Shown: positions 29,399-47,512 of the stretch, piece by piece | How positions within the stretch are numbered: position 1 is the first letter of the stretch | Layout: each line of letters begins with the position of its first letter | The notes under the pieces: model-generated | Seen by the model: only the letters and a program-made list of their open reading frames with translations | Databases searched by the model: none | Told to the model about the DNA's origin: nothing | Origin: Macrostomum lignano | Taxonomy: Eukaryota | Assembly: GCA_002269645.1 (NCBI GenBank) | Contig: NIVC01000271.1 | Span: 62,001 to 126,000 of the forward strand | Direction of reading: 5' to 3' | DNA length: 64,000 bases | Program-made: the position numbers and the translations under genes

Positions 29399-29620
29399 TG
29401 ATAAAAATCGATATTTGTTGATAAAAATCGATATTTACAGATATTTTGGGATAAAATCGATACTTGAGATTTAAATCAATATTTGCTTAACTAAACGAAT
29501 ATTTGGACTTTTAAATCGGTATTTGGGATCTAAATGGAATGTGGAGTTATATTTGAGATTTAAACGGTATCAACATTCATCTTTGAGATCTGTATGATCT
29601 GCAACACCATTAAATTGCAG

Positions 29621-29727
29621 TGACCTCGGCTGACGCTTCAAGACCTTGCGCTGAAAGCCAGGCCATTTTATACTCTAACTGGAAGAGGGCCACTGACAGT
29701 GTCCGACCTGCAGCGCCGAAAATTTGA
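29621..29727 (+). CDS. Candidate alternative terminal exon of the PH-domain gene
   Basis: Acceptor taaattgcag. Only the phase-1 frame is open (TSADASRPCAESQAILYSNWKRATDSVRPAAPKI*), matching the phase-1 donor at 23753. Confidence 0.45.
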
Positions 29728-30409
29728 ACAAACAATTTTTATTTATGTATCAAATGAATATTCACTAATAAGAAAATATTCATAAAATGTTTTTGCAGCT
29801 CTCTTGTAATATTATTCACTATTTTTTGTTTTTTAATTTGTATAATTGTTTTTAGTTGTGTTTGTTTTATTGCGTAATTGTTTTGAAATTTGGATTTTTT
29901 TGTGTTCAATTTGATTACTCGTATAACGGTTTTGAAGTTCTATCGCCCTTAACTTAGCCAATCTTTTAATATTAGCGCTGGCCACTCTTCTAACATTATT
30001 GATCCTATTATTTATTGTCGGTACCCTATAATCATACATGCTTATTATTTGTAAATATAGTGTAATTTCGATCTGTGATCCGTAAAGTGTAAAATTTATT
30101 GCTTTTTATTAGTAGCTTGTATTAAAATGTAATTTTTACGTCAATAATTCAATCACTGTCATTTTCTACGTGTACAGTGCCAAAAATTGAATATTGAAAT
30201 TTTTTCTTAAAAAATAAGAACTTTTTTATTCAACATATATTAACTTCGCTAACATTCCATTTTCATGCTCTGTTTTAGCAGCCTTTTGAAGGATTTTTTC
30301 CTCACACAAAATCATAGTTGCCTTGAGTTGCTTCGTAGTAGAGATTCACATTCCAGTTTGCGATGGCTTGCTGTTTTCAATTGGTTTTTTGTTTTTATGG
30401 GTTTTTGAC

Positions 30410-31258
30410 CACAGATACTATGAGTAGCTCGTATAATAATTAGATTGGCCGCTCAGCACATTTGCGTGTAAGCTACTTTTAGTAGCAAGTTATACAGAAG
30501 CAATTTTATGTGCATGTGACAAAGCCTATTTATTTTCTCTCAACGCCCGCCCCGACAGAACCTCCCCACATAACACCTCTGCCCCGCCCCGCCGCCCAGT
30601 CTTTATTGCCCTCCTAAACCCCTCCGACTGCGCGTCTCCGCACAAAACCTCCTACCCCCGGCCCGCCGCCCAATCTTTATTGCCCTCCTGAACCCCTCCG
30701 ACTGCGCGCGTCTCCGCACAAAACCTCCTACCCCCGGCCCGCCGCCCAATTGTTATTGCCCTCCTGAACCCCTCCGACCGCCTGTCTCCGCACAAAACCT
30801 CCTACCCCCGGCCCGCCGCCCAATTGTTATTGCCCTCCTGAACCCCTCCGACCGCCTGTCTCCGCACAAAACCTCCTACCCCCGGCCCGCCGCCCAATCT
30901 TTATTGCCCTCCTGAACCCCTCCGACCGCCTGTCTCCGCACAAAACCTCCTACCCCCGGCCCGCCGCCCAATCTTTATTGCCCTCCTGAACCCCTCCGAC
31001 CGCCTGTCTCCGCACAAAACCTCCTACTATAAAGCTAATATGTACGCATTTCGGAGGCGTGGGCCAATTTATATTACGGCTGAAACTATAGCAAGTTGTT
31101 TTTCTTTCAAGAAGCTTTCGCTATTTAAACCTATTAAAATGGTTTTAACTACCTTTTTTTATAAAATAGCTTATGCATTCTACTTTGCTACTGAACTGTT
31201 TCACTAAGCAAACGTGCGTAAATGGTCTATCTGTAGTTATTTTAATCTGGTATCTGTG
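30410..31258 (-). mobile_element. Diverged copy of the 2884-3325 MITE family with internal 74-bp tandem amplification
   Basis: Ends CACAGATACT and GGTATCTGTG. 31080-31230 is the reverse complement of the MITE left arm. Flanks tttttgac / tttcagag match at 5 of 8 positions. Confidence 0.75.
30591..31027. repeat. 74-bp GC-rich tandem repeat (6 units) inside the MITE copy
   Basis: Unit starts at 30591, 30665, 30741, 30815, 30889 and 30963. Confidence 0.95.
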
Positions 31259-32011
31259 TTTCAGAGGACAGTAAATTTAGCGCATACGAGCTAGCTCTTG
31301 TTGTTGATGAAAATTTCGTTTACTTACATAGCTATGAATTTCATATGCACTAATATATAATTAGCTCGTATTGTTCATGCACGCATCGAATAGCAGCTGG
31401 ACTGAGACTTGAAGATAAGAACTAACTACAATTATGTTCCTTTTTATTACTACATAATAACCGTATTTTTCATTTCCCCATACTTTTGCATTGGAACTGT
31501 TTTCTGTTGAGTGAAAAACAAAATACACAGGAAGTGAAAAGTTTTTGTGTTGATGGCCAGTTAGCAAGTTTACTGCTAGTACATTATTTTTACGAGCGTA
31601 TGTCTATTTTTTCTATTTATTCTATTTTTAATTAGTTGTATAATTTATGAATACTATCATTATTAGCTAAAATCATGTAAGCTGGTCATTGGAATATTTA
31701 ATGTGTTCTTTCTTGATGTCTTAATTTTTTGTCATATTTGATGTTCAAATGGGTAGACTAAAATAAATACTACTATGAAAAGTCAGTAAGGCAAGCTGTT
31801 TGAATTATTGGAAAAAAAGCTTTAAAAATGCTCCAGACCATCAATCATAGAATAAATTATGTTCAGGCTACCTTCGTCAAATTGTACTTTAATTCTGTCA
31901 TAACTCGTCGGAATGGTACCTTCTAAACTCTAATTAATTTAATTTTGACACTGGCCCTCTTTGCATGTATGAATATTTTATAGTTTAGTCGCGTACAGTG
32001 AGGCTCGCGTC

Positions 32012-32072
32012 TATCTATCTAGAACATCTATCTATCTATCTATCTATCTATCCATCATCTATCTATCTATCC

Positions 32073-32103
<31 letters not shown>

Positions 32104-32116
32104 CATCTATCTATCC

Positions 32117-32159
<43 letters not shown>

Positions 32160-32160
32160 C

Positions 32161-32195
<35 letters not shown>

Positions 32196-32219
32196 CATCT
32201 ATCCATCTATCTATCTATC

Positions 32220-32250
<31 letters not shown>

Positions 32251-32280
32251 CCATCTATCTATCTATCTATCCATCTATCC

Positions 32281-32331
<51 letters not shown>

Positions 32332-32332
32332 C

Positions 32333-32403
<71 letters not shown>

Positions 32404-32404
32404 C

Positions 32405-32447
<43 letters not shown>

Positions 32448-32497
32448 CATCTATCTATCTATCTATCATCTATCTATCTATCTATCAACTATCTATC

Positions 32498-32539
<42 letters not shown>

Positions 32540-32540
32540 G

Positions 32541-32578
<38 letters not shown>

Positions 32579-32612
32579 ATCTTTCTATCTATCTATCTAT
32601 CAACTATCTATC

Positions 32613-32661
<49 letters not shown>

Positions 32662-32711
32662 CATCTATCTATCTATCTATCATCTATCTATCTATCTATC
32701 AACTATCTATC

Positions 32712-32772
<61 letters not shown>

Positions 32773-32800
32773 CTATCTATCTATCTATCACCTATCTACC
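32012..32800. repeat. (TATC)n / (GATA)n microsatellite
   Basis: Directly visible. Confidence 0.98.
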
Positions 32801-32885
32801 TATATTCCCATTTCAGCACCCGTCCACCAATTAGTGCACCACTAGCTAAGCAGCACAGACACGCCCACAGCCAACACAGCCGGGC

Positions 32886-34345
32886 ATGGCTGCCCAGGTG
32901 CAAATTTACGACACGCTGGAGGACGCTATGGGCGCAGCGCGCGTAGACTCGCATAGTGACGTCATCAATCCTTGTCCTTACCGCGTGTACAAGCGTCGCT
33001 GGTACATTCTGGCAGTCTATTGCTTGCTTGCATTCAATCAGGGCGTGATTTGGAACACCTGGGGCCCTTTAAAAGACGCAATGCAGTCGGCTTACTCCTG
33101 GGGCAATTTCGAGTTTGGCATGCTGCCAAATTGGGCTCCCATCGGGTTTGTGATCGCGCTGGCTCCCAGCCTCATCATTGTTAATCGCTGCGGTTTGAAA
33201 GTCGCCTGTCTGTCCGGTGCCTCTCTAATGGCTGTTGGCACAGTGGCTCCGTGCTTCCTTGCCCAGTCAGCTTCCTTCACGGAAGCATTCACAATTGTTT
33301 GCCATATTGATGCCCTATTCTGCGGCCTGTCCTGCCCGGTTGCTATGGCGTTGCCACCCGCCCTATCGGCCGTATGGTTTCCACCCGGTGAACGGATTTT
33401 ATCAACATCGGTGGCTACGCTTAGTAACTATGTTGGTAGCGCGTTCTCATTCCAATTCGGCCATCTGTTTGTTAAGAATTCAACTAATACCACTGTGGAA
33501 GATATTCGACAGAGTGTAGCCCACCTGCTGTACCTGGAATGTGGATTAGCATTCTTCTCGCTGTTATTATTCGTTGCTTACTTCCCCGCTAAGCCTAAAC
33601 TGCCTAGCAGCGCCAGTGCTCAGGTTAATCGACTCAGCTTTCGAGACAGTCTCGCGCAGCTGATTGGCCGAGGCGATAACGGGGGCACTTGTTTCGCACT
33701 GTGGTCAGCCTGTCTGGCCTATTCAATTGTTGCTGGCGTTAATGGCGGATTTCTTGCCGCATTTAATTTGAACGTGGAAACCCTCGGCGCCAGTGTTGCG
33801 CAGGCGGACGCTGCCGGCTTCTGGTCGGTTCTGTCAGCTGGTTTAGTCTGCCTGCCTGTGGCATTGTTGAGCGGCCGGTTGAGGAATCGATTGAGGCCTT
33901 GTCTGTTGATTCTGCTGTTGCTGTCTGGCGTAGCCTATCTTTGCTTCAGGTGAGCGTTCTCAAGCTAGCTTAGGTGCGCGTCTGACTGTCGCGCCACGGT
34001 CGCAGATACTAAAATGACTAGATGGGTCACTCAGGCGTATATGCTTGGTAAAACAGCTTTCTACTTTCAGTTCAGTAGCAAAGAAGAATACATAAGCTAT
34101 TTTATCAAAATAAAGTCAGCTGAAATGATTTTACTCGTATAAGTTTTGAAGCCCAAGCTTTCAGGCGTCGTAAACAACTTGCTAATTGGTTCAGCAATAA
34201 TGTACATCAGCCAGTCCATTGAAATTTACATGGCAGCTTTAGACTGGAATTCCGAGTAAGGCAATAAAAATTGGGGCGGGCGGTGGGGGTAGTGTGGAAA
34301 GGCGCGGTTGAAGGGTTTAAGCTGAGGAAAGGGTCGTCTACCTAC

Positions 34346-34386
<41 letters not shown>

Positions 34387-34442
34387 AATCTATCTGTCTA
34401 TCTATCTATCTATCTATCTATGTATCTATCTATCTATCTATG

Positions 34443-34475
<33 letters not shown>

Positions 34476-34501
34476 GTCTATCTATCTATCTATCTATCTA
34501 A

Positions 34502-34559
<58 letters not shown>

Positions 34560-35127
34560 GGCCCTGTATAACACTAAAGCCGCGCATGTGCAAATGCAGT
34601 TCAGGCATATTCTAAGCTTTCCTATTAAGATCCACCTTACCAAGTTCCGCTGCAATTGCACTTCGCACCTGCCATCCCGCAGTCTCACCTGTCTGGGCAT
34701 CCTGCCCACCTGGCCATCCCTGATCTTCGCCACCTCCTGTGCCGGATGCGTTTTCCTCTACTCGGCGGTGCCATTCTTCTTCGAGCTGGCCGCCGATCTG
34801 GCTTATCCAGCCCCAGAATCCGTGATCTGCGGCTTCCTAACGCTAGGTAATAATCTGGTTGCTATGGCGTTTCTAGGCGTAGTAACAGGCGGAGTCGGGG
34901 TTGACAAGGCCGGTAGAATGCTGTGGATCAATTGGACCATGGCGGCTGTCTGCTTTGCCGCGCTGCTGGCACTGCTGGTGGCTCCGGCTAGACTGCGGAG
35001 GAACCTCGCCGATGTTGCGGCAGAGTCTGGCGATCTTCTGGGCGAAGGCGATGGGAAGTGCGAGGGCGAGGGCGAGGGCGAGGCGATCGTTTCCAATGAC
35101 CGGGACTCGCTGCTGCCGAGTACTTAG
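32886..35127 (+). CDS. SLC49A4: MFS transporter, SLC49A4 (DIRC2)/FLVCR family, 502 aa
   Basis: Exons 32886-33949 and 34683-35127 (phase 2 GT-AG). Family motifs [19 protein letters not shown] and [17 protein letters not shown]; multiple hydrophobic helices. Confidence 0.85.
34001..34335 (+). mobile_element. Right-truncated copy of the 2884-3325 MITE family in the SLC49A4 intron
   Basis: Starts CGCAGATACTaaaatgactagatgggtcactcagg and is colinear with 2884-3200; it ends at the (TATC)n array. Confidence 0.85.
34342..34559. repeat. (TATC)n microsatellite
   Basis: Directly visible. Confidence 0.97.
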
Positions 35128-35186
35128 CACTGACTGCAAATTTGCCGAATTTTATAAACTGAAATGTGACGAATAAATCGGTTTTT

Positions 35187-35683
35187 TGAGGTCAATTCAG
35201 GATGCTATACTGATGGGGTTATTTGAGGTCAATTCAGGATGCTATACTGATGGGGTTATTTGAGGTCAATTCAGGATGCTATACTGATGGGGTTATTTGA
35301 GGTCAATTCACGATGCTATACTGATGGGGTTGTTTAGGGTAAATTGAGGATACCAAATATAACAATGGGCTTATTTAAGGTCAATTGAGGATACCAAACA
35401 TAAAAATGGGCTTATTTAAGGTCAATTGAGGATACCAAATATAACAATGGGCTTATTTAAGGTCAATTAAGGATACCAAATATACCAATGGAGTTATTTA
35501 GGGTCAATTGAGGATACCAAATATAACAATGGGGTTATTTAGGGTCAATTGATGATAACAAATATAACAATGGAGTTATTTAGGGTCAATTGAGGATACG
35601 AAATATAACAATGGGGTTATTTAGGGTCAATTGAGGATAACAAATATAACAATGGGGTTATTTAAGGTCAATTAAGGATACCA
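35187..35683. repeat. 37-bp then ~41-bp related minisatellites (ggtcaatt..ggat..atggggttattt)
   Basis: Directly visible. Confidence 0.9.
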
Positions 35684-36329
35684 ATAGACCTATAATGCTT
35701 TCTATCAGAAAGAAACAGAAATCAAAACCAGTAAAATATCATGTAGCTGTTTAAGAATGTATTTTTTTAATTCTCAAGTAATATGAGCTCCAATATAGAT
35801 GGTTAACTTTTTATCTCCTAATAGAATTGATATTTCATGACCTTGTTGATTTTGTTAAAACTGTAATTATTATTAGCATCATTATAAGCTGAACTTCTTT
35901 ACTACTCATAATAACATAGCCAATGGGTCATACAGCATCAATTTGTACCGCATCAAACATTCACTTCGAGTCACTTCTCAAGTATTTAATAGCCTAAGCT
36001 GATTGCTCAGCAAGGACTTGTTGATTCCGTGTCCCAGCTGAGATGTAAAGCGAAAGCAATAAAGAGTCTCCTGAGATTGTACCTTATCCCTGTGTGTGTA
36101 TTTTTTAAATTATGCTCAATCAAGAAGTATGCTTTCCATATTTGGTATTGTTTTTGTTTAAATATTTCTCTCCTACTATTTTTATTACTAGTATACTCTA
36201 GCTGGAAGTCTGTCTGAATTCTTAAGATTCAAGCTTATAATCTACTTATAGTAGCTTAACGGGATATAGATTATTGCAATATACGTTAGCCTAGCCAGGT
36301 TTTCTAATGCGCCGTTTTTATTTTTTGTG

Positions 36330-36490
36330 TATAACTGTCTGTATGCCTGTCTCTGCATGTATGTATGTCTGTCTGTCTGTCTGTCTGTGTGTCTGTCTGT
36401 TGTCTGTCTGTTGTCTGTCTGTGCCTGTCTGCGTCTGCCTATCTGTCTGTCTGTCTGTCTGTCTATCTGTCTGTCTGTCTGTGTGTCTGT
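36330..36490. repeat. (TGTC)n-type microsatellite
   Basis: Directly visible. Confidence 0.9.
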
Positions 36491-36703
36491 CTTTTGAGAG
36501 ATTTTGAGAGAAATCTTCTGTATTTTGAGAGACTTTGCCGTATGAAGTCTCTCAAATTCCATGCACTGTAGATTAAAAATGCGTAACTACTGTTTATCGT
36601 CCATCAATACAAAATCAAATAAATATTGTGAACAATCAGCTTTTCTACCAAAATTCTTTCAAATTAAAGTTCAACCTTTTTAACACGAAACAACAATTAA
36701 AAT

Positions 36704-42407
<5,704 letters not shown>

Positions 42408-42710
42408 CCATCAGCCTACTCCGCTCCAATGCTCAGAAAAATCTTCAGTAAACAGGATTTTGGCGTCGGGCAACTCGCAGCTTCCTTCTTCCCTCTTCAT
42501 CCATCGCCTCCCACGTAGCGCTCCCAATTTATTTTCCTGCTCGCTACCTGTAATTTTCTCCGCCTTCCTTTTTTCAACCCCGGGTTATCATCGAGTTTTT
42601 TCTGCCTCGCAGCATTCTCGGGAAGCTGGGCGAGGCGTCTCGGCTTCCCCCGTCAGGTGAAATTTATTTTGAATATAGAGGGCTCCTGCTGCCTGCTTTG
42701 CAGAGTGGCT

Positions 42711-43220
42711 GCTGGCGCCTCTGGTGCTGGCGCCTCTGGTGCTGGCGCCTCTGGTGCTGGCGCCTCTGGTGCTGGCGCCTCTGGTGCTGGCGCCTCTGGT
42801 GCTGGCGCCTCTGGTGCTGGCGCCTCTGGTGCTGGCGCCTCTGGTGCTGGCGCCTCTGGTGCTGGCGCCTCTGGTGCTGGCGCCTCTGGTGCTGGCGCCT
42901 CTGGTGCTGGCGCCTCTGGTGCTGGCGCCTCTGGTGCTGGCGCCTCTGGTGCTGGCGCCTCTGGTGCTGGCGCCTCTGGTGCTGGCGCCTCTGGTGCTGG
43001 CGCCTCTGGTGCTGGCGCCTCTGGTGCTGGCGCCTCTGGTGCTGGCGCCTCTGGTGCTGGCGCCTCTGGTGCTGGCGCCTCTGGTGCTGGCGCCTCTGGT
43101 GCTGGCGCCTCTGGTGCTGGCGCCTCTGGTGCTGGCGCCTCTGGTGCTGGCGCCTCTGGTGCTGGCGCCTCTGGTGCTGGCGCCTCTGGTGCTGGCGCCT
43201 CTGGTGCTGGCGCCTCTGGT
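42711..43220. repeat. Perfect 15-bp repeat (gctggcgcctctggt) x34
   Basis: 510 bp / 15 = 34 identical units. Confidence 0.98.
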
Positions 43221-43618
43221 GCTGAAGTTGTCTTCAATGATCGAATTCGTTCATCTGATTACTTTTCAACGCATCTGATAAACTTTCAGCACAGATAAAT
43301 TATATACGTAACAATGCGACAATGGAGTCTATTTTTAGATGTTTGCTATGCTACGAGTATATTAGAAAGGCAATATATGAAGCTGACAACCAGCTAGCTA
43401 TGAAATCTTGATCAAGGATACAGCTGTCGCTACGTTCAACAGGTTTGCCCTGCATCAAGCAGTACTGGGCCCACGCTCAGGTAGCTAAAAAGTTAATTGA
43501 CAGGTGTCGGAGATGGCCATTCAGCGAATGTTGACTGGCAATTTCCTGACTGAAACTGCACTGCAACCTGCGCACTAAACTGCATGGAGTCTGGGGCGGA
43601 TAAGAATGATGTATGGCT

Positions 43619-44047
<429 letters not shown>

Positions 44048-44504
44048 TTATGCTTTCAATCCAGCTATCTGCATCAGACTGATGTAGTTCTTCATCCGTA
44101 CTGTTTTTTATTTAGAGATTGGGAAGAGATTTCATGTCTGGCGCAGTTCTCAGCGACCCCCTCCCTGTTGCAGCAGCTATAAATTCATTAATCATTCGAT
44201 CCCTCCTCCTCTCCACCCCCCAAACCGAACTCGAGTTTTCGGAGAGCTACTCGCTTTGATCGCAGGCGCATCTGTCTGCAGCGGGAAGCCCCAGTGGTTG
44301 CAGTCTTATTTGCTCAGCCTAAAAGCGGCAATACAACAGAGGGCTGAGGCGCTGCTTATGCAATTTATAATTTAACCTAACAACCGATATTTAAAAGACT
44401 TGAACGGCATGTACCAACTATTTGGCTAGCATGAGAAGTACAATAACAGGTTAATTTTAATTGTAGCTCTTCTATGCAATGGTATAAGTGATTAATGATA
44501 AATA

Positions 44505-44830
44505 ATGAGATTTCTAATTATGAGTTAATTACCTGGATGATGGGATTTCTAGTTAACGATTAATGCTTAGATAATGGGATTTCTAATTAGGGATCAATTA
44601 ATAATATAACGGGGTCTTTAATTATGGATTATTCCATAAACAAGGAAATCTTTAATAAGGGATTAATTACCTTGTTAATGGGATCTCTAATTAGAGATTA
44701 ATCACAAGCATAATGGTATCTTTAATTAGGGATTAATCACCTGGTTAATGGGATCTCTAATTAGAGATTAATTTCCAGGATAATGGGATCTCTAATTCAA
44801 GATTAATTAGCTGTTTAATGGGATCTCTAA
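44505..44830. repeat. Degenerate ~41-bp minisatellite (taatgggatctctaattagggattaat)
   Basis: Visible imperfect units. Confidence 0.75.
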
Positions 44831-45335
44831 TATCTGGATAATAGAAGCATCTCATTCTCGTCGTTTTAAAAGCTTCTTTCTCCTCTACAGTGTTCTCAAG
44901 GCTAAATAGTAAACTATTGTATTTTGTCTTCAGCAGTAAAGGTTATTGTTAAAATTTCTCTTTACAGAAAGCTTAATAAGATTTTAAGGAAATCAGCTGC
45001 ATGAGAAAAAGAGTCCAGTTGCTTTCTCTAATTCTTGCTTGACAGGTGCAAATCTGAGTTCTAAGTCTCCAATCACCGAGTGTTTTCCCGGGAGAAATCA
45101 TAGTTGAAGCTGCAACTGACTCCTCCTCTCGCTCGTCATCAGGGATTGGCGGCTTAGGCTATCTCGCCTCTTTGTTGTACCTCCCGGTACTGCCCTGCAG
45201 CAGAGCCGGGTAAGTCAGGACTGCTCCTCTTTCTTGCTCACTTGCTTCATCTCTCCATGATCTGGTTTATCTTTTGTTGTATCCTTCTTGATACATTCCT
45301 TTTTTCTTCTTTATCCGTCCCTATTCTCTCTTGAT

Positions 45336-46160
45336 CTATCCCTCTGTCTCTTGATCTATCCCTTTTCCCTCTTGATCTATCCCTTTTCCCTCTTGATCTA
45401 TCCCTTTTCCCTCTTGATCTATCCCTTTTCCCTCTTGATCTATCCCTTTTCCCTCTTGATCTATCCCTTTTCCCTCTTGATCTATCCCTTTTCCCTCTTG
45501 ATCTATCCCTTTTCCCTCTTGATCTATCCCTTTTCCCTCTTGATCTATCCCTTTTCCCTCTTGATCTATCCCTTTTCCCTCTTGATCTATCCCTTTTCCC
45601 TCTTGATCTATCCCTTTTCCCTCTTGATCTATCCCTTTTCCCTCTTGATCTATCCCTTTTCCCTCTTGATCTATCCCTTTTCCCTCTTGATCTATCCCTT
45701 TTCCCTCTTGATCTATCCCTTTTCCCTCTTGATCTATCCCTTTTCCCTCTTGATCTATCCCTTTTCCCTCTTGATCTATCCCTTTTCCCTCTTGATCTAT
45801 CCCTTTTCCCTCTTGATCTATCCCTTTTCCCTCTTGATCTATCCCTTTTCCCTCTTGATCTATCCCTTTTCCCTCTTGATCTATCCCTTTTCCCTCTTGA
45901 TCTATCCCTTTTCCCTCTTGATCTATCCCTTTTCCCTCTTGATCTATCCCTCTGTCTCTCTTGATCTATACCTCTGTCTCTTGATCTATACCTCTGTCTC
46001 TTGATCTATCCCTCTGTCTCTCTTGATCTATCCCTCTGTCTCTCTTGATCTATCCCTCTGTCTCTCTTGATCTATCCCTCTGTCTCTCTTGATCTATCCC
46101 TCTGTCTCTCTTGATCTATCCCTCTGTCTCTCTTGATCTATCCCTCTGTCTCTCTTGATC
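45336..46160. repeat. 21-bp minisatellite (ctcttgatctatcccttttcc) grading into 20/22-bp variants
   Basis: Directly visible. Confidence 0.97.
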
Positions 46161-46344
46161 TGAAGCTGAAGCTGAAGCTGAATCTGAAGCTGTGTTTGCT
46201 GAAGCTCAGTTTCTGCATCAAAGTCTCTCTCCCTATGGATCTTTGCAGCAGCCAATGGTGAGCAGGGCCTTTCTTGGCGAGCGGCTTTCTGAGACTGGTT
46301 GAGAGAGAGAGAAATGATTTGTCCAGTCAAAGAAGCTGCCGCGA

Positions 46345-46357
46345 TGACGCTTATAAG
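46345..46357 (+). promoter_or_regulatory. Candidate core promoter of the neuropeptide gene: CRE half-site TGACG plus TATAAG
   Basis: TGACG at 46345-46349 and TATAAG at 46352-46357, about 100 bp upstream of the ATG at 46454. Confidence 0.5.
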
Positions 46358-46453
46358 AGGCTGGCCCAGCTGCCGTTGAAGAAGTTCCTCCACTCCTTGT
46401 AGTGCGCGCAGCCACAGTTAAAAATCACCAATTGACTAAACAAACAGGACAAA

Positions 46454-47512
46454 ATGGTAAGTTGCTCAAGTTTCATCTCTTCTCACAGAAAAAAAGTTCC
46501 GCTTTTAAGCTCTGCTGTTCCCTTGCTTGAGTTGGATAAGTTTAATCTCAGAAGAAAGTAACAACAGAATGCCTATTTGAGCGGCTGCATGATGACTCTA
46601 AAAACATATAAGATTTAGAGCTGAAGCACGACGGCAGCCTCCAAGCTTGAAGGAATTTGAAATCAGAGTTTCCTAGAAAGCGAAAGAGGCGACGGCAGCC
46701 TCCAAGCTTGAAGGAATTTAAAATCAGAGTTTCCTAGAAAGTGAAAGAGGCACGCACGGAGATTTGATTCCCAACTCTTAATTTTTTCTTCTTTTAACTA
46801 ATTTCGGCAATAGCTGTTCTGCGCATGCGCGGTTGAGGCTCTGTTAGAAAGTTAATGCTCGAGACGTGATGGAGTACGGCTGGACCATGCCCCAGCGGCG
46901 CCACTTTTGCTAATAGAAATCTAAAGAGGAAAATGAGCAGGAATTGGCTAAGCAAGTTGAATTTCCTTTGCAGAGCAGGATGGCTCTTTTTTACTTTTTG
47001 TTCGCCCTTGGGTTGCCGGAATTTCTACTAATTGTCAATTTTGTGAAAAGGAAGCAGGCTTAGGAGCGAATAGCAACTTGCTGATTTCTAAAGAGATCGA
47101 AATTCTCCTTTTTCTACAGGTTCGAAATCACGAAGCCACCCTGCTGGCGCTGATCCTTGCCGTCGCCTGCGCAACCTGCGCTCTAGCTGCTCCGCACAGC
47201 AGCTCCATCGATATTGACGAAGATGATGTCGTCGAAAAACGCGCTTACGGAGTCGTACCGTGGGGCAAACGCGCTTACGGAGTCGTACCGTGGGGCAAAC
47301 GCGCTTACGGAGTCGTACCGTGGGGCAAACGCGCTTACGGAGTCGTACCGTGGGGCAAACGCGCTTACGGAGTCGTACCGTGGGGCAAACGCGCTTACGG
47401 AGTCGTACCGTGGGGCAAACGCGCTTACGGAGCCGTACCGTGGGGCAAACGCGCTTACGGAGTCGTACCGTGGGGCAAGCGCGCTTACGGAGTCGTTCCG
47501 TGGGGACGGTAA
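46454..47512 (+). CDS. Neuropeptide precursor, 131 aa: 8x AYGVVPW-amide + 1x AYGAVPW-amide
   Basis: ATG-only coding exon 46454-46456 (caaaATG|gtaagt) spliced phase 0 to 47120-47512 (tttctacag|). Hydrophobic signal peptide, acidic spacer, then nine 30-bp units encoding AYGVVPWG-KR (Gly amide donor plus dibasic cleavage site; the last unit ends WG-R-stop). Confidence 0.93.
46629..46750. repeat. 61-bp tandem duplication in the neuropeptide intron
   Basis: cgacggcagcctccaagcttgaagg..gaaagagg present twice. Confidence 0.9.

Noticed and set aside
45288-46393. LLIYPFS and GKGIDQE repeat ORFs and the 99-aa minus ORF
   Set aside because: The array mixes 20-, 21- and 22-bp units, which breaks any frame.
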